Positions 55,268-64,000 of a stretch of 64,000 nt of DNA are shown piece by piece. Made by a program: the position numbers and the translations under genes. The DNA comes from Callorhinchus milii. Taxonomy: Eukaryota. Every line of letters starts with the position of its first letter. Position 1 is the first letter of the stretch. Location of the stretch: positions 9,300,001 through 9,364,000 of the forward strand of contig NW_024704764.1 in the NCBI RefSeq assembly GCF_018977255.1, given 5' to 3'. Under the pieces are notes generated by a model. That model was not told the origin of the DNA. It saw nothing but the letters and a program-made list of their open reading frames with translations, and searched no databases.

Positions 55268-58200
55268 TCAGAAATCCCAGTCCTCAATGTCCAACTCTTC
55301 CAAACTGGCTTCCATTTCGTCCATCCCTCTGTCGTGCCCTTGAGAGGAGTTGCAGTCTGGCATGGGGGCCACTGGTCGCAGCAGCTCCGGCAGCATCTCT
55401 GCTGCTCTCCTCTTCAGCTTTTTAAACATTAAAGAGAAATCAAGTTAGCTGGCGAACGTCAGAGAAACAAAGTTCACGTTCTGATTCAAGTTCAGAAAGG
55501 TTTGGGGCCCTAGGAATTAATTCTCATGAGGGAAGTTGAAGGTGGGGAGATGAAGAACAAGGCGAAGGGACTTTGGGAGACAGTTTCAGTGGACAGGGAC
55601 ACAGTCGCTGATGGCTGGGCCACTGGTGGTGGAACCGAGGGAGTGAGGAAATGCAGAGAATATGGATAGAACAGGGCTGGAGGAAACTGCATTGTTCTGG
55701 ATGGGCAAGATCATAATAGATCTGAAAGTTGATCCGCTCGACTACAAACAAAGTCTGTTTAAATGCAAGTGCGAACACACCTGTTTTATAAATGAATGAT
55801 TGAGGAGTGCGTTGGCTGAGGGTCTGTGAAGAACAAAACAAGAAGAATTAAGACATTAAGAGTGGTAGAGAACCAGGCACAGCAGCATAACGATTGCAAG
55901 AGAATACCACTGGCAGGTAAATAGAAATACACGTGGGTAAAATGTGATCAAAAGCCCTCAAAGAGCTGACAGAAGAAGGCATGCGATTGCAATGAAAGTA
56001 CCTGTGCTCAGGCTCCCTCTGTAAGCACAGCTCTACAAAGTTGTGGAAGAGCCCAGAGAAGGTCCTGTTGTAAGGGTGCTGCTCATGTTCCCCGTTTGTT
56101 GCTCGGGCTCCACAGGCCGCACTGCCCTCCACTATCCCCGAGTCCACCCCTGAGCGAGAGTTCTTCATCATCAGCTCGTCCTCAGGGATGGTGGTGGTGT
56201 CCAGTAGGCAGGGCACGGTGCCATTCAACTTCTCCAGCAACATCTGAGGAGCAAAGAAAATGCTAAGAAGTCATAACCATCTCCGTTTACCTCGGCGTAA
56301 GGAACAACCCAGTTGTTAGTTGATTGGCAGATTGCTTTCCGAGGGTAATGATCCCTTCCTCCTACCCCCCAAAAAAGTGGTCACTCGATCCACGACTGTT
56401 TATGGGACAATGCTCTGCGCAATTGGCTGCCGCGTTTCACCCACAAAATACAGTCGCTCCACTTTGCATTATTTTATGTGAAGCGCTTTGAGACATCTCC
56501 AAGACGTGATAAGGTGCTTTACCAAATGCAAGGATTATTATTATCATCAATTTTTGCGACCGGTGTGAAAGGAAAAGGGAAGCTGTAGTTAGAATGCAAC
56601 GTACTCACCTGAGTTGCCGGCATGTTTTTGAAGGGAACGTGCCCATTAGCCAGCTCACAGGCAGTTATTCCCAAACTATAAATATCTGATTTTGCATCAT
56701 AACCCTGCAGGTTCTACAAACAAAGAAGAGAAATTGCACGCAAGTTATTTCCAGTAGGTTAACCTCTGACATCTATCACTCTTCCTCGATCCCTCCGTCT
56801 TGCCACCTCCTCCCCACCTTCAGGTCGCATCTGAAGACCTTCCACTTCGCCCGTGCCTACGGTCACTTTCCCCCCTCCCTCCGGCTCGGCATCGTGCTCT
56901 GCCAGTGTCAAGCGCTCTGGGACGCTACGCTGCATGAGGGTCGCTAAATAAATGCAAGTTTTTGTTTAAAAAAAAAGGATTGACAGCAAGTTTCAAATGG
57001 CCGGCTTTGGACAGCCAATCCGTGAGTGTTCCGCGGGATCAGCAGGTGGAAGGCACAGAGCCAATAACTGTTGGGATCAAAAGCCTCAGATATTCAGGGA
57101 TTTTATAAGATTCATCTGATGCTAATGATAGTACTGCCACGTGCAGGACTGCAGTGCCAGATAAACTGAAAGTTTGAGTTCCACCAGGTACAATATCCTG
57201 TACTTTCTGAATGGATGATACACAGCTCCAGTTCAATACAAGTGCCAATGCACACACACTGGAGACATTATCCTGAAGCTACCCTTTACCAGCAATTGTT
57301 TACGCAAGAAAGCCCCTCCCGCCAGAGGTCAGTTTACCTGTTGTAGCAAATCTGGGCTCAGCCACGGCAATATTTTAACACTGTATTTCGGGAAATCATG
57401 AACCACCTTTAGCCTCTTCCCATGGCTGATCATGCTGAAAATACTGCGGAGTCCTGATAAATAAACTTGTCCATCCACTGAGATTAGAATGTGACTCGCT
57501 TTAACGCTCCTAAACAAAGGTGGGGGGATGGGGTGTGGAAATAACGAATGACTAAAAGTGAGCAAGACTATAATCCAATCCATCTCTACTTAACTTACAA
57601 AGAGAGAAAGCAGTAAATTCTAAAATCGTGCACACAGCAGTCATCCAGTTAAAGAGAAAACATTTAGCGCTTCCTCCATGTAAATCCAAGCAGTTCTAAT
57701 CCTTTCACTAACACTCAAGAGCTAACCTGTGTACGTAGCCCATTCTATGAATGTAATCCAAAGCCTTTAGCACTCCCTGTAGGATGTACGCGATAGTAAG
57801 TTCCCCCAAACCATCTGTAAAGTGGCTGTTCATGAGATCTTTGGCAGAACCTAAGAAAAATCAGAACACATATAAACCACCTTAAGAGTTATAAATATAA
57901 TCTTACAGTAAGGACTGGATACAAGCATTCAGAACAAAACAGTTTCCTTCCTCCTCTACATGGAAGGCATAGGGGTAAAGACTGGGAATATAAATTCAGA
58001 GAACAAATGAGGGAGCCAGCACATATGGAATGAGGGAAGTGTAGAGGCAGTAGGGGAGCGCACACCAGCACAGACGCTGACAATGGAGTGGAGGAATAGG
58101 ATTAGAGTTTCGCTTTATTGAGGAAATTAGGAGCAGCAGACATGAGGGACCGAATGTGTGATAGATAAATCACAGGATTAGAAAGTGTAGGAAATCGATG

Positions 58201-60998
58201 CAAAAAAAAACCTTACCGTATTCCATGAACGGAGTCACGACCCACACTTCATTGTTAGCTATCAGCGTGGCTTTGTACGGCAATATGTTGGGATGGTGAA
58301 AGAGCTTACATATATGGAGTTCCCCCTAGTGAAGAAAACAGCTCAGTTAGGCCAACCACACGACAACCTTGCTTCAATTGTCTGTGAACGAATTGTTTCA
58401 ATGATTTTAAAAATAAGGCAGTCTTAAAGAATTATATTGAAAAGGCAGCTTTATCTACTGATCATTCCTAGGACAGCTTTTGTAAAGTTTTACCTGTAAT
58501 AAAGTAAACATCTCATTGGTGCAGTAGTCCAAATTAATCCTACGAACGGTCACACGTTGACCAGTGCGTTTATACCTGGCCAGGCTCACAGTCAGAATGT
58601 CCTCAAACCCAGTACCTTTAAAGAAACAAAGGAATTTACCAATCTGTAGAGCCAACATAGATTTAAATGCTGAGACGCTACCCTGTGTGGAGGGTGCTAT
58701 ATAAGTGCAAGTTGTTGTTGTAATAATAATAATGGGGAAAGAGCACACAGTAACTGCAGTGAATTGGCATTCAGTTATCATTGGAACAGCAGTAGCCATT
58801 CAGTCCATTGAGCCTGTTCTGACATTTATTGCTTGGGGAATATTCTTCCATATGTTAGCATCATGTGTTCAGTAGTTGTTATTATTATCATCATCATCAG
58901 AGAGAGCAGAATTGAATCAGCTAAAGCATGGATTTGGTGTAAAGAAGTGCTCTGACTGCATTGCCTCTTCAATGTGCATGATCCCCAGGCTCAGTGTTGA
59001 ATTATTGGATCATGGCGGATCTTTTAGTCCCATCTCTTGATCTTTTCTTCATATCAACCTTACTTTCCAAGTATCTATCCATCTCCTGTGTGAACGCGCC
59101 AATGAAATCTGCGTCATACAACATCTAAGATTAAAGGTGTGTGTGGATATATATATATAAATTACCGATTACTTGCAGTAGTTCATAGGAACTACTGTCG
59201 GCTGGTAATGTACTCATGGTCTCCCAGTTCTGGGAGAACACAGTGTGTCCGGTTGAGTGTTCATCTGTCTGAGGAAGGAGAAACAGACAAAAACACGTTT
59301 AACACAGACCGCATCGTAACTATCTGAACAATGTGATTTTGATGATTTAGGAACCTTTAAAGATGTTTATTTCCTTTAGATTGTTCTTAAGAGTTTAAAA
59401 ACTATACTTTTATCAAGCAGAAATCTATGATATATGAAAGGCCATCTCGGCTAAAACTGCCTAGTAACAGTCTGTGTAGCAGTGTGCCGGCTGCTTCCCT
59501 CAACATATCTACCGATGCCTGTAAATTAGCCACTTGGGTTCAAAACAAAAGGCGCTTAGTTATTTTATTTGAATTCTTTTCTTGCCCTACCTTCAGGTCT
59601 CCCGAACCACACCCCCTGACTCGCCTGGGAGATCTGACCCTCCTGGGGGAGCAGGTGATCTGTGAACAGCACAACTGAAAATCGTACATTGGCTTGCAAG
59701 CATTTCCAACCCCTCACTGATGGTACGATCGGGAAGCCATCATGCGAGGGAGCGACAGTCGCAACCTGCATCACACTGCTCGATGCAGCACTAACTGCAT
59801 AACGCATTCCATTACAAATCGCTGACAAACCACACTGTTAATACAAACCAGCCACTGCATTATAACAGCTCGGAACCCGGATACACTGCATTACTAACTG
59901 CTTACAAACCAGATGTAATACATATTACAAACCACACACATTGAATTGCAAACCACTTACAAACACTGCATTACAAACTGCATAGAAACTCCTCCCACTC
60001 CATTTGATAAATCAACAGGAAATCCCTAATCTCAAGCTGAAGTCCCATAGAATGTGAGGAACACATATAATGTAAACCACGTGCAAATCAAAATGTGGTT
60101 GAAAAGATAAAAAGGAACCCACTTTTTATATTCAAGGCAGCAAAATAAAAACCCTTGAAGCAATACATACTGGGCATGCAGAAGGAGATAACATCCCAAA
60201 ATGTACACCACAAGACACGACAGGAATTCATGAGCATGCAGGCATTGCAATCATACTCTTAGTGTTGGACACTCACCTTTCTTTGATATTCTGTCTGAGG
60301 TCGCTCTGAAGTAAAGAAACTAAATGTTGACTTTCAGTTATGGGATAAAAAGTACGGTCAAACATAATTACATGAACTCAGGTAGTATACCCAACCATTG
60401 GTACTCCCAAACCTGCACTCAGAGTACTGGTACTTAAGCATTTCCTGACTTTCTCCCCTGGCCACGCATAAATGTGACAAGACACTCTACAACAAAGCAG
60501 AGAACAGACTTACCAGCAAACAATCCCACGTCCTGCAGACTCTCCACACTGAGTTTCTCGGACACCCACTTCTGCTCTCAGGAATTCATAAAAAAATGAA
60601 AGACATCAGATGTTAATGATTGAGATCATTCCTCTTTTCTGATGATTTTCACTCCCAACCTCCCCTCTTCAAGCTTTAGATGAGAAAATTAGGCATTTTA
60701 AATAATTTTCCTTAAAAATCTGCAGCAGACTGAGAGAACGGAGGATCTACAACAGCCAGTTTAGTTTCTGAAGATCAGGAACAAACTACTTGCCTTTTAT
60801 AGTGATGTTGCCTTTAAAGGCAGAAATCAGCAAACTTAAATCACACACTGCAATTAGTTTCATGTAAACACAGTAATCCAATCCCACCCCAAATTATTAC
60901 AATGTTCAAATGATTTGATTATATAAAACTTTAGACTGTACAGCACATCCTCGTTAAAGCTGCTCAAATCCATCTGGAGCACTGACCAGAAATGACAT
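55268..60998 (-). CDS. STRADA: STE20-related kinase adapter protein alpha (pseudokinase), 12 coding exons
   Basis: Exons 60998-60987 (MSFL), 60571-60514, 60305-60277, 59268-59166, 58615-58494, 58325-58217, 57850-57727, 57509-57338, 56713-56609, 56243-56002, 55823-55781, 55417-55268. Motifs: [29 protein letters not shown] (replacing DFG), [16 protein letters not shown]-terminal WDF* (MO25-binding WEF-like). Confidence 0.95.
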
Positions 60999-62279
60999 GG
61001 GAACGCTGGTACGGTCACCAAACTGGCACAGCCATTAAGAAATCTAGTGAGAAAGGAAGATGGTGATTAGAGCAACGGTTAAGCAGAAGGCAACAAAATG
61101 CTCATTTATCGTAAAACATTGTTCAGTTTTCCTTTCAGTATGAAGGAAATAACGGCACTGAGTGTGAGGGCGGGTGCAGTGAGCATACTTCATCTTCAAG
61201 CATCTTCAAATTGAAGCGAACATAGTCTTAATTAAGGAGTCAAATCAAGTTCCCCCGCGAATCCCTTTTAAATGTAGATCACACGTATGGGTGTAATCAT
61301 CCTAACCACGTTCCCTGCAAATTGCGTATATTGTGGCTCTCATTAATGCGCAAACAATACTTTGCATTGAGTACTGAGCAATTTGGGTAACACAATTCGC
61401 TCCATAAAGAACCTGAATGGACCAAACGGATGGATGGGTGGATGGATGGGATGGATCTTCGCGGGACATTGGTGGGGTGTTGACAAATAGGGGTTGCAGC
61501 GTTTGTTTGCCCACAAATAAATACAGTCGCCACACTCGACAGCAAGTCCCTGCAAAGGGCTTTGATGTTATGAGGTACGACGACAGCAACACCGAGACTG
61601 CATTTATAGAGCGCCTTTCACGCCGGGAGGACGTTCCGAGGCGCTGGACCCGACTGTCGGGTCGGGACCCGAGCATTGGGGGGGAAAATGGTCAAGGGTG
61701 AGGGGAGGGAGCGAGGGAAGGGGGTAGAGAGTCGAGAGGGGAGCCGAAGGCACGGTCGAAGAGGTAGGCGCCGTTCAGTCAGGTACGCAGCAATAATAAT
61801 AATAATTCGGTCACTCCATCCACGACGGCGCGCGCGTGTGTGGGGGTGGGGGGGGGGAGGGTGACGGGCCGCCGCCTTTCGCCCACGGAGCGCGCGCGGT
61901 CAGACTGACCCCGCGGTGCGGGCCCGTGAGGCGCTTCGGGGTGTCGCGAAGAAGACCCCGGCGAGAGAGAGGCGCCGCGTCGAACGCAAGTAAAGGTGAT
62001 GATTGTCGGGGACGTCCTCCCCGACGTGAAAGGCGCTCAATAAATGGAATCGTGTTGTTGTAGTTGTTGTCGTCGTCGTCGTCGTCGTCGTGGTGGTTGT
62101 CGTCGTCGTTGTTTCAGACAGGACGAGCCCGGGGCTGGTCATGGAGGGGCCCTGTTTTGGTGGGTGGGGGTGGGGAGGGGGGGGTGTGGGGAGGGGGGGG
62201 CGCCACGTAAACCAGTGCCGTCGTCGTTATTACCCAATGTAGACCAAAAGGAGCCTCGACCCGGGAGGCAAACAGCCCC

Positions 62280-63260
62280 CGAAACGATTGGAAAGCCGAC
62301 ACCAACCTCTGACGGAAAGTTTCCGTGAAGCGCTCTCTCTCTCTCCTCTCTCTCTCCCTCCTCTCTCCCGCTCTCTCGTCTCGCGCGCGCCGCCGCCGCC
62401 GGCGAACCCTCCCCCCCCGCAACCTAACCTGCTGCCGGAAGTCCCGCCTCGAGCGTGCCGCCGCTCCCCCCCCCCCCCGCCGCGCCCTGAGTGGCCGCTG
62501 GCGGCGATTGACGGGCTGCTCGGCTCTCTCATTGGCCGAGCTCGCCGTCAATCGCCCCGCGCGCCCCGCCCTCGGGCTGCGCGCCTTCCACAGCCGGGCC
62601 AGCAGGTTAGGTTGCGGGCCTGGTTTTCCGCTGCGACCTCCTCGCCTCAGAGCGGACGGGGGGGAAAAAAAACGCGAACGGTCGTCGCCGCCGCCGTCCG
62701 TCCGTCCGCTTTGTCGACGGCCCCCAACCGGAGCTTCGAGGCCAAAAAGTGTGGGGGTGGGGGGGGGTTCGGCGAAGCGGCGTTCAGTTGACGTTTCGTG
62801 AGGGAAGGAAGGAGGGAAAGGGAAAAGGAAAAGGAAGGAAAGCGCTCGGTGACCCTCGACCCCGACACACGACGCCCCGCGCATCGGCGAGAAGGAGCCC
62901 CAACTGAGGTATTTTTAATCGATCGATCGATCGATAGAGAGAGAGAGAAAAAAATAACTAATAATAACCGATTGAACGTCGCCTCCCGGTACCGGGGAGG
63001 GGGGGAGGGGTCGGGGTTTTTATTTTTTTTTCTCTCTCTCTCTGAGGTAAAAGTCGGCGGTGTGTGTGTGTGTGTGTCGGTGGGTGAGAGAGAGAGGGGG
63101 GGGGCGGTGTGCGCGTGCGCGGGGCCGGGGCCGGGCCGAGCGGTTTTGTTGTCGCTTCTGAGACCCGCGGCCTTGCGGTGGGGGGGAGGCCGGGGGGGGG
63201 AGGGCCGGGGGTGGGGGGGGAGGGCCGGGGGTGGGGGGAGGCCGAGCCCGGCCACAGCCA
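62280..63260. promoter_or_regulatory. CpG island, likely STRADA / bidirectional promoter
   Basis: Very CpG-rich. CCGGAAGT (62435-62442), ATTGG (62531), and outward-facing CAG|GTTAGG donors on both strands. Confidence 0.6.
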
Positions 63261-63404
63261 CAGCCTGAACCCCCCCCCCCCCCCCCCACTCAGTCACACC
63301 CCCGCCCAACACTCACTCCCTCCACCCTCATCACTACCACTACCGCCTCGACCGAGAGCCAGGCCTCCAGACCCCCTCCCCACCAACCCCCACCCCGGGG
63401 GGTG

Positions 63405-63732
63405 GACACACACACAAACACACACACACACAGAGCGAGTCCCCCCTCTCCCTCACACACACACACATAAACACACACACACAGAGCGAGTCCCCGTCCC
63501 CTCCCCCCACACACACACACACAGAGCGAGTCCCCCCCTCTCCCTCACACACACACATAAACACACACACAGAGCGAGTCCCCCCCCCCCTCACACATAC
63601 ACATAAACACACACACACAGAGCAAGTCCCCCCCCCTCCCTCACACATACACATAAACACACACACACAGAGCAAGTCCCCCCCCTCCCTCACACACACA
63701 CACACACACACATATAAACACACACACAGAGC
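63405..63732. repeat. (CACACACACAGAGCGAGTCCCCC...)n minisatellite
   Basis: About 45-bp units running into the N gap. Confidence 0.85.
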
Positions 63733-64000
63733 NNNNNNNNNNNNNNNNNNNNNNNNNNNNNNNNNNNNNNNNNNNNNNNNNNNNNNNNNNNNNNNNNNNN
63801 NNNNNNNNNNNNNNNNNNNNNNNNNNNNNNNNNNNNNNNNNNNNNNNNNNNNNNNNNNNNNNNNNNNNNNNNNNNNNNNNNNNNNNCACACAGTCCACCC
63901 GCCGACCCTCCCTCTCTTTCTCTCTCCCCCGCGCGAGCAAAGACCGAGACACCGACCGACCAGCGAGCAAAAGCAATCCCCCCCCCCCCCCACACACACA

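Noticed and set aside
60580-60606. ATGTCTTTC (MSF..) as the STRADA start
   Set aside because: It hits TGA after six codons and lies in the acceptor region. MSFL|GTCAGT at 60998-60987 fits the phase and the family sequence.
62114-63999. Multiple long Arg/Gly/Pro-rich ORFs at the right end
   Set aside because: These are CpG-island and simple-repeat frames, some spanning N gaps, with no recognisable domains.

Overview
Eukaryotic (vertebrate) genomic DNA. The repeat landscape (tRNA-derived SINEs with L2-like tails, Deu-domain SINE remnants, L2/CR1 3' fragments) suggests a cartilaginous fish, possibly a chimaera (inference). Five spliced protein-coding genes were reconstructed exon by exon: NMT1 (+, 12 exons), two head-to-head PLCD3-like phospholipase C delta paralogs (copy A on -, copy B on +, 15 exons each), an intron-containing RNF113A/Cwc24 gene (+, 10 exons) and STRADA (-, 12 coding exons). 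CpG-rich promoters lie at both window ends. The main observations are: (1) the inverted PLCD3 pair is a mosaic of near-identical blocks (including introns and minisatellites) and strongly divergent exons that encode the PH lipid-binding loop, an EF-hand, the X-Y linker and the Y box, suggesting ongoing gene conversion that spares regulatory/specificity exons; (2) copy A carries reciprocal K/R changes at two phosphoinositide-phosphate-binding positions; (3) both copies keep a U12 AT-AC intron; (4) RNF113A has two consecutive GC-AG introns around its CCCH-finger exon. Most ORFs in the supplied track are spurious low-complexity frames. There are four N gaps.
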